Assembly (NCBI GenBank): GCA_036555445.1
Contig: DATBLH010000103.1
Location: 1-59,307, forward strand
Length of the DNA: 59,307 nucleotides
Source of the DNA: Candidatus Limnocylindrales bacterium
GTDB lineage: Bacteria > Chloroflexota > Limnocylindria > Limnocylindrales > CSP1-4
Reading direction: 5' to 3'
Positions 26,374 to 36,400 of this stretch are shown one piece after another. Within the stretch, counting starts at the first letter, position 1; each line of letters starts with the position of its first letter. Under the pieces are notes generated by a model. The model was not told where the DNA came from and made no database searches. It was given only the letters and a program-made list of their open reading frames with translations. The translations under genes were made by a program, and so were the position numbers.

Positions 26374-27497
26374 CCCGGGCGCCGGATGTCGTCGTCATCG
26401 GCGGCGGCATCGTCGGCGCCTCGGCGGCGTCGTTCCTGGCCCGCGCCGGCGCCCACGTCATGCTCGTCGAACGGGAGGCGCTGGCTGCCGGCGCGTCCGG
26501 GCGCAACTCCGGCGTCGTCCAGCACCCGTTCGACCCGGTGCTCGCGGATCTCCATCTCGAGACCGTTCGCCTGTATCGCGAGCTGGCTGCCGCGGGCCGC
26601 CCGAGTCGATTCCGGATCCCGCACCGGCCGTCCGGACTGCTCTATGTCGCCGCGGACGCCGCTCGCGTCGCGAGCCTGGCCGACCGGCTCATCGAGGACC
26701 AGCCGGATCTCGATCCGACCTACCTCGCGCCGGGCGACGTGACCCGTCTCGAACCCGCGCTGAGGCCCGAGATCGCCGGATGCCGGCTCGCGATCGGTTA
26801 TCCCGTGGCACCGGCCGCGGCGACCCTGGCCTACGCCGAGGACGCGCGCCGTGCCGGCGCGATCATCGAGATCGGCGTCGACGCGCGACCGTGGCTCGAC
26901 CGGCGCGGTGTCGCCGGCGTTCGGGTCGGCGATCGGACGGTTCCGGCAGGAGCGGTGGTCGTGACCGCAGGTCCCTGGTCACCGGAGGTGGTCGATCCCG
27001 CGGGCCGCTGGCGTCCGATCGGGCGCTCGTGGGGGGTGGTCGTCGACGTCGGGCTGCCGGCGCCGCCACGGCACGTGCTCGAGGAACTGGACGTGGAGGC
27101 GGCGATCGAGCCGGACGGCGGTGGCGTCGGTGGGCTGGGGTTCAGCCTCGTGCCGGCGGACGGATCGAGCAGCCTGGGATCGACGTTCCTGCCCCGGCGC
27201 CCGGACCCGGAAGCCGTCGTGCCGGCGCTTCGCGAGCGGGGAAGCCGGTTCGTGCCGGCAATCGCGATCGCACGGAGGGGTGTGGTTCGCGTCTGCGCGA
27301 GGCCGGTCTCCCGCGACGGACGTCCGCTCGTCGGCATGCTGCCGTGGCAGCCTGGCCTGTTCCTGGCCGCAGGTCACGGGCCGTGGGGGATCTCCACCGG
27401 CCCCGCATCCGGCCGGCTCGTCGCCGACCTCGTCCTGGGTCGCGTCCGGCGCCCACCGCGCGAGCTCGAGCCCGGTCGATTCGGTGAGCCGGCCTGA
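26370..27497 (+). CDS. FAD-dependent oxidoreductase, DadA/glycine oxidase family
   Basis: VVIGGGIVG, GASGRNSG, RP.S.DGRP.VG, GHGPWGISTGP; GTG26370 overlaps the upstream TGA. Confidence 0.9.
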   Translation: MTRAPDVVVIGGGIVGASAASFLARAGAHVMLVEREALAAGASGRNSGVVQHPFDPVLADLHLETVRLYRELAAAGRPSRFRIPHRPSGLLYVAADAARVASLADRLIEDQPDLDPTYLAPGDVTRLEPALRPEIAGCRLAIGYPVAPAAATLAYAEDARRAGAIIEIGVDARPWLDRRGVAGVRVGDRTVPAGAVVVTAGPWSPEVVDPAGRWRPIGRSWGVVVDVGLPAPPRHVLEELDVEAAIEPDGGGVGGLGFSLVPADGSSSLGSTFLPRRPDPEAVVPALRERGSRFVPAIAIARRGVVRVCARPVSRDGRPLVGMLPWQPGLFLAAGHGPWGISTGPASGRLVADLVLGRVRRPPRELEPGRFGEPA

Positions 27498-27500
27498 CCG

Positions 27501-28421
27501 TCAGCCGTCTGCCGCGGCGGTGGGCGTTGGGGTCGGCGCCTCGGTCGGCGCTTCGGTCGGTGTCGGGGTCGGCGACGGTGTCGGCGTGGGCGCGGGACGC
27601 GTTCCGGGAGCCACCCAGCCGAGGCAGTTCGTCCCGCGCCCGAGGATCCGGGGCTGGCCCCGGGCAGGGATGACGATGCGGACATAGGCACAGTTGTTCG
27701 TCTCGGACCGCTCCCGGTAGTTGTTGTCCAGGTCGGCGACGGCGCGAATGGTGTAGCTCCCGGCCGCCAGGCGCGAGACATCGATCCACTGATAGGCGAA
27801 GTTCCACGGGTAGTTGTCGCCCCAGCCGACCGAGAGGCCCATCGACACCGCACGACTCGATCGCACCCCGCATCGGCCCTGGAAATATCGCTGCCGAGCC
27901 GGCGACCCGCGCATCCTGGGGTAGCTGTGGGTCGTGTCGAAGAAGCAGAAGCCGAGCTTCGCCGCCCGGCGCAGGAATCGCCTGTCAGGCGTCAGGAGGT
28001 CGTAGGTCGCGACCCGCTGGACGTGCCAATGGTTGTGTCCGTCGCCCGCGTAGCGGCCCACCGCCCTCGTGGCGACCGTGCGGAAGCCGCCCGCGGTGTT
28101 GTAGATCCGCTGCGTCACGCGCATCGACTTCTCGGCGACCGAATTGCGACTGGCATGGAGCTCCAGCGGCCCGGTGCCGGTGTTGGTCAGGATCGTGGTG
28201 AACCGGAGCAGCCGGCGACCCGATGCCGTGACCTGGATCCGGAGATCGCGGATCGATGCCATCCGCAGGTCCGGCAACCGATCGACCGCCGCGGCGGCCG
28301 GAGGTGCCGGGAGGAACGCGGCCGCGATCGTCCACAGGCCGGCGATCGCCGCCAGGCGCGGCAGGGATCGCCGGTCGACGGCGGGTCGCGTGCGGCGGAT
28401 CGGGATGGGCTGGGGGGCCAC
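27501..28421 (-). CDS. Secreted lysyl-oxidase-like protein with C-terminal (PT)n tail
   Basis: Signal peptide, LPDL, RFTT...N.G.GPLE, His cluster GHNHWH, KLGFCFFDT, GLSVGWGDNY, YTIRAVAD, E..E.NN; start GTG28421 inferred. Confidence 0.8.
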   Translation of the reverse strand: MAPQPIPIRRTRPAVDRRSLPRLAAIAGLWTIAAAFLPAPPAAAAVDRLPDLRMASIRDLRIQVTASGRRLLRFTTILTNTGTGPLELHASRNSVAEKSMRVTQRIYNTAGGFRTVATRAVGRYAGDGHNHWHVQRVATYDLLTPDRRFLRRAAKLGFCFFDTTHSYPRMRGSPARQRYFQGRCGVRSSRAVSMGLSVGWGDNYPWNFAYQWIDVSRLAAGSYTIRAVADLDNNYRERSETNNCAYVRIVIPARGQPRILGRGTNCLGWVAPGTRPAPTPTPSPTPTPTEAPTEAPTPTPTAAADG

Positions 28422-28434
28422 CGGATCTGACGGT

Positions 28435-29667
28435 CTACACGCTCTCGATCCGGTAGACGGTCCCCCCGTGGTCGACAACGTACACGCGTCCGGCTTCGTC
28501 CTCGCCAAACGAGGTCACGAGCAGGCTCGTGTCCAGGAGCCGGAACGGCGCGGCGGGAGTGGCGGCGCGATAGCCGACGGTCCAGATCCGGCCCGAGCAG
28601 TAGTCGGCGAAGAAGTAGCGCCCCTGGAGGATCGGATCCGGTCCGCGGTAGACGAAGCCGCCGGTCACGGAGCAATTGCCGCTCGCGTGGCTGTACTCGA
28701 CGAGCGGCCGGATCTTGCCCGAGGTAGAACAGCCGGACGACGGTGCGAAGCAGTGGCGCCCCTCCATGACGCGCCAGCCGTAGTTCACCCCCCGACCGGC
28801 GGCACTCGAGGCCGGCTTGACCGATCGGTCGATCTCCTCGTAGCGGTTCTGTCCCACGTCGCCGATCCACAGATCGCCGTTCGCGCGGTCGAACGACCAG
28901 CGCCACGGGTTGCGCACGCCGCGCGCCCAGATCTCGTCGCGTCCGGTCCGCCCGATGTAGGGGTTGCCGGGCGGGATCCGGTAGTTCCTGCCGGCGCTGG
29001 TCCCGTTGACGTCGATGCGCAGGATCTTGCCCAGCAGCGAGTTGACGTTCTGGGCGCGGTTGCCCGGGTCTCCGGCGGAGCCGCCGTCGCCCATCCCGAT
29101 GAACAGGAACCCACCGTAGAAGGCGAGGTTGCCGCCGTTGTGATTCGAGTACGGCTGGCCGATCGTCATGATCGCCTTGCTCGCGGTGCGCGTTGCCCGC
29201 TTCGGGTTGACCGGATCGCGGTACAGCAGCCGGATCACGGTGTCGCCGTTGGAGTTCGTGTAGTTCACATAGAACCGGCGGTTCGTCGCATAGCCCGGGT
29301 GGAAGGCGAGGCCGAGGAGCCCCTGCTCGCCGCCGCTGTCGTTGACGATGTCCCGGATGTCGAGGAATGTCTCCCATGGGTCGCTGGGCGAGTCACCGTC
29401 CTTCACCCGGATGATCCCGTTCTGCTGGACGACGAACCAGTAGTTCGAGCCGTCGCGCGCGTTGGTGAACAGGATCGGCTGGGTGAACGTCCCCGCGAGC
29501 GGCGTGAGCGTGATCGCCAGCGCCGCGCGCCGGACCGGGACCGCGTCGGCCACGCCCGACACCGTGCCTGGCGCAATCGCGCCGATGGCGACCAGGACGG
29601 ACAGCACGAGGGTCGTGCCACGCCGTCGGCGGGTCGATGGGGTCAGGGCTCGGACAGGCAACGTCAC
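28435..29667 (-). CDS. Second PQQ-dependent sugar dehydrogenase (GdhB family), secreted
   Basis: RRRR-type signal peptide; EQGLLGLAFHP, NHNGG, GDGGS, GKILRID, GVRNPW, DVGQ, NYGW. Confidence 0.92.
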   Translation of the reverse strand: MTLPVRALTPSTRRRRGTTLVLSVLVAIGAIAPGTVSGVADAVPVRRAALAITLTPLAGTFTQPILFTNARDGSNYWFVVQQNGIIRVKDGDSPSDPWETFLDIRDIVNDSGGEQGLLGLAFHPGYATNRRFYVNYTNSNGDTVIRLLYRDPVNPKRATRTASKAIMTIGQPYSNHNGGNLAFYGGFLFIGMGDGGSAGDPGNRAQNVNSLLGKILRIDVNGTSAGRNYRIPPGNPYIGRTGRDEIWARGVRNPWRWSFDRANGDLWIGDVGQNRYEEIDRSVKPASSAAGRGVNYGWRVMEGRHCFAPSSGCSTSGKIRPLVEYSHASGNCSVTGGFVYRGPDPILQGRYFFADYCSGRIWTVGYRAATPAAPFRLLDTSLLVTSFGEDEAGRVYVVDHGGTVYRIESV

Positions 29668-29701
29668 AGGGCATTCTCCATGAGCTTGATGGCCGGCAGG
29701 A

Positions 29702-29848
29702 TCAGCGCCAGCTCTCCGAGTCGAACAGGAAGAACGTCGTCTGGTTCCAGCCGGTCACGACATCCTCCCGCAGATCGCGGAGTCGCGCCCAGGGTGATCG
29801 ACCGACGAGCTCTTCGAGGGCGCCGCGCTCGTCATCGTCGCGGGCCAT
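29702..29848 (-). CDS. Small hypothetical protein (48 aa) with aromatic C-terminal motif
   Basis: GGGAG before ATG29848; MARDDDERGALEELVGRSPWARLRDLREDVVTGWNQTTFFLFDSESWR; composition unlike the Arg/Pro-rich shadow ORFs. Confidence 0.6.
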   Translation of the reverse strand: MARDDDERGALEELVGRSPWARLRDLREDVVTGWNQTTFFLFDSESWR

Positions 29849-30021
29849 GGGCTCCCATTCGTGCTCCCAGCGGACGGGGTCCGCCGGGGCGGCCGCCACG
29901 AGCGCGGCGACCTCCACGCGCTGGATCCGCGAGCTGACCGCATACCCGGTCACCTGCCAAGCCTACGACGTTGGGCAAGGACCGTGCCGCGTGCGGGAGC
30001 TCACCCGTATCCTTGCCGGCC

Positions 30022-30891
30022 ATGGCCACGACCCTCGCCGGGTACGGCGTTCAGTCATCGACGGCGCCGCTGCGCGACGTCCTCGTGAAGCGCCCGGGGT
30101 CGGCGTTCGCCGGTGCCTACGACGATCCGGCCGTCGGCTTCCTCCACCCGGTCGACCTCGGCCGCGCGCAGCGCGAGCACGACCTCCTGGCGGACACGCT
30201 GGCCGGACTCGGCGTGCGCGTCCACACCCTCGAAGCAGAGCGCGAGGGCGACCCCGATCTCGTCTATGTGTTCGACCCGCTGCTCGTCGCACGGGACGGC
30301 GCGATCCCGCTCCGACCGGGCAAGGCCGGGCGCGTGGGCGAAGAGGCCGTCCTCGAGGCCTGGACGGCCGCGGCCGGAATCCCCACCGCGGGACGGGTCG
30401 AGGCGCCCGGAACGATCGAGGCGGGCGACACGATCTGGCTCCGCGACGGCCTGTTCTGCATCGGCCGGACCCTGCGCACGAACGATGCCGGTGCCCGGCA
30501 GCTCGCCGCTCTCCTGGGGGGCGACGTCAGGGTGTTCGACGTGCCCTACTGGCGCGGTCCAGCGGAGCTGGTCCACCTGATGTCGGTCATCTCACCGGTG
30601 GCGGACGACCTTGCCGTGGTCTACCTGCCCCTGCTGCCGGCTGGACTGTTCGAGCTGCTCGCGGAGCTGCGGGTCCGGCTGGTGGCGGTCCCGGACGAGG
30701 AGTATCCAACGCTCGGCTGCAACGTCCTCGCCGTTCGTCCCGGTGTCGTGGTGGTCGCGGACGGCAACCAGGCGACCCGACGCGGGCTCGAGGCCGCTGG
30801 CTGCGAGGTCCACGCCGTGCCGCTGGGCGAGGTCGGCGAGAACGGGTCCGGCGGCGTGACCTGCCTAACCCGCCCGTTGTGGCGCGAGTGA
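30022..30891 (+). CDS. Amidinotransferase / dimethylarginine dimethylaminohydrolase superfamily protein
   Basis: APLRDVLV, AQREH, VFDP, IEAGD, RTN..GA.QL, VHLMSV, GGVTCLT.P (catalytic Cys). Confidence 0.9.
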   Translation: MATTLAGYGVQSSTAPLRDVLVKRPGSAFAGAYDDPAVGFLHPVDLGRAQREHDLLADTLAGLGVRVHTLEAEREGDPDLVYVFDPLLVARDGAIPLRPGKAGRVGEEAVLEAWTAAAGIPTAGRVEAPGTIEAGDTIWLRDGLFCIGRTLRTNDAGARQLAALLGGDVRVFDVPYWRGPAELVHLMSVISPVADDLAVVYLPLLPAGLFELLAELRVRLVAVPDEEYPTLGCNVLAVRPGVVVVADGNQATRRGLEAAGCEVHAVPLGEVGENGSGGVTCLTRPLWRE

Positions 30892-32129
30892 CTGCTCCTC
30901 CGGTCGACGAAGCGTGGGTGCTGGCTGCCCTCGGCGAGCTCGTCCGGACACCATCGATCACCGGGTCGGAGGAGGCCGTCGCGGGGGTGGTCGCCCGCCT
31001 CGCCCGGGAGACGGGCGCGACCGTCGAGGAACGCTCGCCGGACCCGGCAGAGATCGCCCGCGACCCGGACTTTCCGGGCGCGGAGATGGAGCGGGCGTCG
31101 CTTCCGATCGTCGCCGCGCGGATCGGCCGGGTCGGCGGGCGACGCCTGATCCTCCAGGGGCACCTCGACGTCGTGCCGCCCGGCGATCCCGCGACGTGGA
31201 CGGTCGACCCGTGGAGTGGCGAGACCCGCGACGGTGCCCTGTACGGCCGGGGCGCGTGCGACATGAAGGGTGGCGTGGCGTCCATCCTGGGGGCCCTGCG
31301 GGCGATCGCAGCGTCACCGGCGGCGGATCGTCTCGAGGGCGAGGTCGTGGCCCTGTTCGTGCCGTCCGAGGAGGACGGTGGCCAGGGAATGCTGGCCGCG
31401 ATCCGCGAAGGCTTCGTCGGAGACATGGCCATCGTCGCCGAGCCGACCGAGCTCGACGTCGTGATCGCGCACGCCGGCGCGATCACGTTACGACTCACCG
31501 TCCCCGGACGTGCCGCCCATGCGTCCAAGCGCCGGGAGGGCGTGTCGGCACTGGACAAGCTGCAGGTCCTCGTCCGCGCCCTCGAGGCCGACGAGGCCGC
31601 GCGGAATGCCGCGGAGACCGATCCCCTGATGACCCCGCTGGGGTTGCCGTACCCGACGATCATCGGCAAGGTCTCGGGCGGCGACTGGGCGTCTACGGTG
31701 CTGGACCGTATCGTGGCCGAGGGCCGCTACGGCGTTCGCCTCGGGCAGACCTGGCGGGAAGCCGAGGCCGACCTCCGGGCTTGCATCCGGGCCGCTGGCG
31801 AGGCCGACCCGTTCCTGCGCGATCATCCCGCCCAGGTCGAGATCACCGGCGGCAGGTTCTCGTCCGCGCGGGTGCCCGCGGACCATCCCCTGCCGATCGG
31901 CGTCGCCGCGGTTGCGGAAGCGGTCACGGGCCGGCGGCCGGCCATGGTCGGCGAGCCGTATGGCGCCGACATGCGGCTGCTCGTCAACGAGGGCGGGACG
32001 CCGACCGTCATCTATGGCCCCGGCGCCGTCGACGTCGCTCACGCGGCCGACGAGCACGTCCCGCTCGACCAGGTCATCACCTGTTCCCGGGTCCTCGCCG
32101 CCTGGGTCCTGGCCGAGATCAGCGTCTGA
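30888..32129 (+). CDS. M20 family ArgE/DapE-like deacylase
   Basis: QGHLDVVP, GRGACDMKGG, SEEDGG, AEPT, GRAAHAS, AHAADEHV; GTG overlaps the upstream TGA. Confidence 0.92.
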   Translation: MTAPPVDEAWVLAALGELVRTPSITGSEEAVAGVVARLARETGATVEERSPDPAEIARDPDFPGAEMERASLPIVAARIGRVGGRRLILQGHLDVVPPGDPATWTVDPWSGETRDGALYGRGACDMKGGVASILGALRAIAASPAADRLEGEVVALFVPSEEDGGQGMLAAIREGFVGDMAIVAEPTELDVVIAHAGAITLRLTVPGRAAHASKRREGVSALDKLQVLVRALEADEAARNAAETDPLMTPLGLPYPTIIGKVSGGDWASTVLDRIVAEGRYGVRLGQTWREAEADLRACIRAAGEADPFLRDHPAQVEITGGRFSSARVPADHPLPIGVAAVAEAVTGRRPAMVGEPYGADMRLLVNEGGTPTVIYGPGAVDVAHAADEHVPLDQVITCSRVLAAWVLAEISV

Positions 32130-32172
32130 CCTCGCTCCGGCCGGTGCGCTCGGCGCGCGCCGAAGCAGAGCG

Positions 32173-33426
32173 TCAGTCGCCGATCGGCTCGAAGGACCCG
32201 GCGCCGCCCGCGCCCGGGATCCGGCCGCGGGTGAGTGTGAGGACCGCGATCGGGACCAGGACGAGGGCGGCAGCGATCACGCCCAGCGCGGCGAACCCCG
32301 CCGTGCCCACGATCACCCCGGCGCCCAGACTGGCCAGCGCTGCGGTGCTCCAGATCAGCCCGTCGGCGAGGCCCTGGATCCGGGTCCGTTCGGCGATCGA
32401 CACCCCGCCGGTGAGCATCGCGCTGCCGGCGACGAACCCGAGGTTCCAGCCCCAGCCGAGCAGGAACAGCGCGATCAGCAGCGCGACCTCCGAGTCGGGT
32501 GGTGCGATTGCCGTCAGGACGCCCGAGACCAGGAGGGTCGCCGTGCCGGCGTAGACGATCGGCGGACTCCCGAAGCGATCGGTCAGTCGGCCGGAGATCG
32601 GGGCGAGCGCGAACATCCCGAACGTGTGCGCGCTGATCACGAAGCCCACCGCACCCAGGTCATGCCCGTGGGTGGTCATGTGGAGCGGAGTGAGGGTCAT
32701 GATCAGGACCATCACGAACTGGCCGACCACGAGCGCCACCAGGGCGGCGACCACGGCCGGGCGGCGCACGATTCGCGACAGCGGCTCTGCGACAGACTCG
32801 CCCGACTCATCGGATCTCGAGGCCGCCAGCTCCATCGGGTCCGGCCGGAGGAACATAAACGACAGCAGGCTGGCCAGACCGACGAACAGGACCGGGACGA
32901 GATAGGGCCCCGCGAGGTCCGGCAGGCCGAGCCGCTCCGCGAGCACCCGACTCGGCGCGACGAGATTCGGCCCCACGATCGCCCCCACCGTCGCTGCCCA
33001 GACCACGGTCCCGATCGCGGATGCCCGTCGATCGAGCCCGAACAGGTCGGCGGCGGCATACCGCGACAGCTGGTTGGAGCTGTTGCCGAAGCCGATGAGC
33101 GCCGATCCCGCGAGCAGTGGCATCAGCTGCCCGGCGACGATCCCGGCCACGGCGACGAGGGCGCCTCCCACCCCGACGAGGTAGCCGAGCGCGAGCCCGA
33201 AGCGCCGACCCCGCTGGGACATGATCCAGGCCAGGATCGTGGCACCGAAGGCCGCGCCAAGCACCACCGCTGCCGCCGGCGTGCCGGCGAGCGCGGGCGA
33301 GCCGCTCAGCCGCTCGGCGACGACGGTCGCCACCGTCAGCGCCGCCAGGTGCCCGGTGCTCCCGAGCGCAACACCGAGGACGAGGATCCGGACGGTCCTC
33401 CGACGCAACCGATCGAGGTCGTTCAC
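32173..33426 (-). CDS. MFS transporter
   Basis: About 12 TM segments; motif A MSQRGRR and GRLTDRFGS; GTG33426 overlaps the upstream stop. Confidence 0.9.
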   Translation of the reverse strand: MNDLDRLRRRTVRILVLGVALGSTGHLAALTVATVVAERLSGSPALAGTPAAAVVLGAAFGATILAWIMSQRGRRFGLALGYLVGVGGALVAVAGIVAGQLMPLLAGSALIGFGNSSNQLSRYAAADLFGLDRRASAIGTVVWAATVGAIVGPNLVAPSRVLAERLGLPDLAGPYLVPVLFVGLASLLSFMFLRPDPMELAASRSDESGESVAEPLSRIVRRPAVVAALVALVVGQFVMVLIMTLTPLHMTTHGHDLGAVGFVISAHTFGMFALAPISGRLTDRFGSPPIVYAGTATLLVSGVLTAIAPPDSEVALLIALFLLGWGWNLGFVAGSAMLTGGVSIAERTRIQGLADGLIWSTAALASLGAGVIVGTAGFAALGVIAAALVLVPIAVLTLTRGRIPGAGGAGSFEPIGD

Positions 33427-36400
33427 CAGGCCAGGTCCTGGTCGCCCCACAAGGTCAACGGTCCGGTGGCCATGACCGTCATGAGATCGGGCCGGCCGGT
33501 CTGCTCGCCGGCCACCTCGACGAAGCGGCACAGGGCGTTCACCAATCGCATCTGCTCGGGCGTCCGACAGGCGACCCGGAGCAGCGCCGGGGACGCGACG
33601 AGGACGGCCAGGCCACGCGCCCTCGAGATCGCGACGTTCAGGCGATTCCCGGAGTACAGGAACTCGAGATCCCGCGGTGCCTCCTCCGGCGTCGACGTGG
33701 TCATCGAGTAGATCGCCACCGGTGCCTCGCGGCCCTGGAACTTGTCGACGGTGCCCACGTTCGGGCGACGACCGAGACGCGCCTCGACGGTTCGTACGAT
33801 CTCGGCCACCTGGGCGTTGTAGGGAGCGACGACGAGGACGTCCTCGATGGCGATCGGCCGCGAGGCGCCCTCTCGATCCGTCCAGCGGCGACCCACCAGC
33901 CCCTGGATCGCCTCGGCGATCCAGTCCGCTTCGGTCCGCGACCGGTTGCCGGCTCCCGTATGCGCGAGCGGCACATGGCGAACACCGGTCCCCCCAATCG
34001 GCTCGCCGGCCGCGACGTCCTGGCGCTCGTTCGCGGGATCCGGGGCGAGCCGTCCTTCGTAGAACGCCTCCGAGATGTAGGCGTTGACGTCCGGGTGGAG
34101 CCGATACGTCGTCCCCAGCAGCAGGCCGCGATCGGGCGCAATCGTCCGCGCGTCTCCGACGAGATGCTCCAGGGCGGAGGCGGCCGCGCCTTCCGGGTGG
34201 GTGCCCTGCGAGACCTGGGGGAGCTGGTTCGGGTCGCCGAGGAGCACGATCGACTCGGCGGCCCCGGCAACCGCACACACGGTCGCCAGCGACAGCTGGC
34301 CCGCCTCATCCACGAACAGGACGTCGAGCGTCCCTTCGATCTCGGGTCGGGCCCAGAGCCAGGACGTCCCGCCGACCACGTCCCAGGCGCCGGACGTGAG
34401 TCCCGCGAGGACCGCGTCGTTCGTCGTCAGGCGACCGATCCGTTCGTCGTCGGACGCGTCATCGCCTTCATCGCACTTCTGGGCCACGGTGACCGGGATC
34501 CCCTCGGCCGCGGATGCCCGCACGACCGCCTCGAGGAGATTGGCGATCACCCGGTGCGACTGGGCGGTCACGCCCACGCGCTTCCCCGCCTGCACGAGGC
34601 TGAGGATCATCCGCGCACCGGTGTAGGTCTTGCCGGTGCCCGGTGGTCCCTGGATCGGCAGGACGCTCGAGCCCAGGCCGAGCCCGAGCCGGCGGGCCTC
34701 GTCCGTCGGGCTGCCACCCGTCGAGGCCAGTGGAGTTCCGACCGGATGACCGTGGATCCTGGGCGGTTGCCGGAGGATCAGCTCGCGGGCGGCTCGATAT
34801 CGCCCTTCGCCGTCGATCCCGTGGTCGATCACCTCGTCCGCGAGCCGGCCCAGGGCACTGCGCATCGGTTCCGTCCCGAACGGCCGCGAAGGGATGAGCG
34901 CTTGTGGATGATCGACGGCCGCGCCGTGCCTGAGATCGATCGTGCCAGCCAGGGGATCGAGGGCAACGATCGTCCCGGCGCCCCTCCCGGTGGCGGGGTC
35001 GATCGGATTGTCGCCCTCCCTGAGCTTCGTCTCCTGGGCCGGGTCGTATCGATAGCGGTGGATGACCGACTTTGCCGCCCGACCGAGCTCGGTCTCGAAC
35101 GTCAGCTCGCCAAGCGCGGCGGCGTCGGCGACGAGGTCCTCCATCGGTGCCTCGATGAGCCGGAAGTGGTCCCACCACTGGGGCTTCGCCTCGCGCCGGT
35201 GCCAGTCGAGGAGCGCGGCGAGGAGCCAACGGGCCTGTTGCTCGTCCGTCCGCTCCTGCCGATCGGCCGGGATCCCTGCCCGGAGCGATTCCTCGCGAGC
35301 GCGGGTCTCGGCCTGGTCCCTGACGACCTGTTCCGACGCCTCGCCCTCGACCGGCGGTGGACGCGGCACGACCCCGTCGGGAAACAGCGGGGCCGCCTCC
35401 GTTCGCAACTCCTCGAGCCAGTCGCGGAGGCCGAGGTTGGAGAGGCAGTCGTCGCGGTTGTACGCAGCGATCGCATCGAGGATCGAATCGTCGTGGCTCT
35501 CCATCCACCGCTCGTACTCGACCACCGAGAAGCCGGCATCCGTGATCCCGCCCTCTCGCTCGGACATGTAGAACTTCTCGATTCGCTTGATCGAGTAGGA
35601 CTCCACCGACGCCCGGACCGCGCCGCGGAGGACGTGGTCGTAGAGGTTCACGAGGACGCGGCCACGGAGGAGGCGGTCCACCTCCTCCTCGCGCGTCGCG
35701 TGGCGCTGCATCAGGCGCTTCAGCGCCCCGGACTCGTAGCCGCCGTAGTGGTAGACGTGCATCGCGGGATCGCGCTCGAGACGCTCGACCACCACGTCCA
35801 CGAAGGTCTCGAAGGCCTCCTTCTCGGACGTCCGGTCGTGCGCCCAGACGACCCGATAGGTGGGCTGGCCATCCCCGATCTCCACCCAGCCGAACAGGTA
35901 CTCGAGGCCGTCCTCGACCGCCCATGGGTCGGCCTCGATGTCGAAGAACACGTCCAGGGGCGACGGCGGGGGGAGCGCCGCCAGTCCCTTGCCCGGTTCC
36001 TCCGGCCGCGGGGGGATGAGCTCGTAGCTCAGGCGTCCGGTGACGCGATGGTCCAGCTGCAGTGCGGCCTGGCGTCGGAGCCGGTGGAGGATCCGCGGCG
36101 GGATGTCCCGAACCCGCTGGCCGTCATCCAGCGTCCCCAGCGCTTGCACGGTCGGCACGCCGGCAGCCACGAGATGCCGGCGCTGGTTGCGGGTCACCCC
36201 CGCGACGAGCGACAGGTGGTCATCGGCCCGGCGGCGATCGATGCACATCGGCCACCAGGTGCAGACGCGGCAGTGGTCGACCGGCTCCGGATAGGTCGGG
36301 TGGTCGTCCTGGTCCCCGAACACCCGGCTCTCGAAGCGCGCCTTCGCCGAGCGGTAGTAGGCGGCGAAGTCGGCGAGCCGGTGGGGATGCGCGATGCCGT

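Noticed and set aside
27519-27610. Short-period repeats at the LOX and PBP (49720-49860) 3' ends as a CRISPR or VNTR
   Set aside because: They are codon-level repeats encoding PT/TEAP tracts; no constant repeat-spacer structure and no cas genes.
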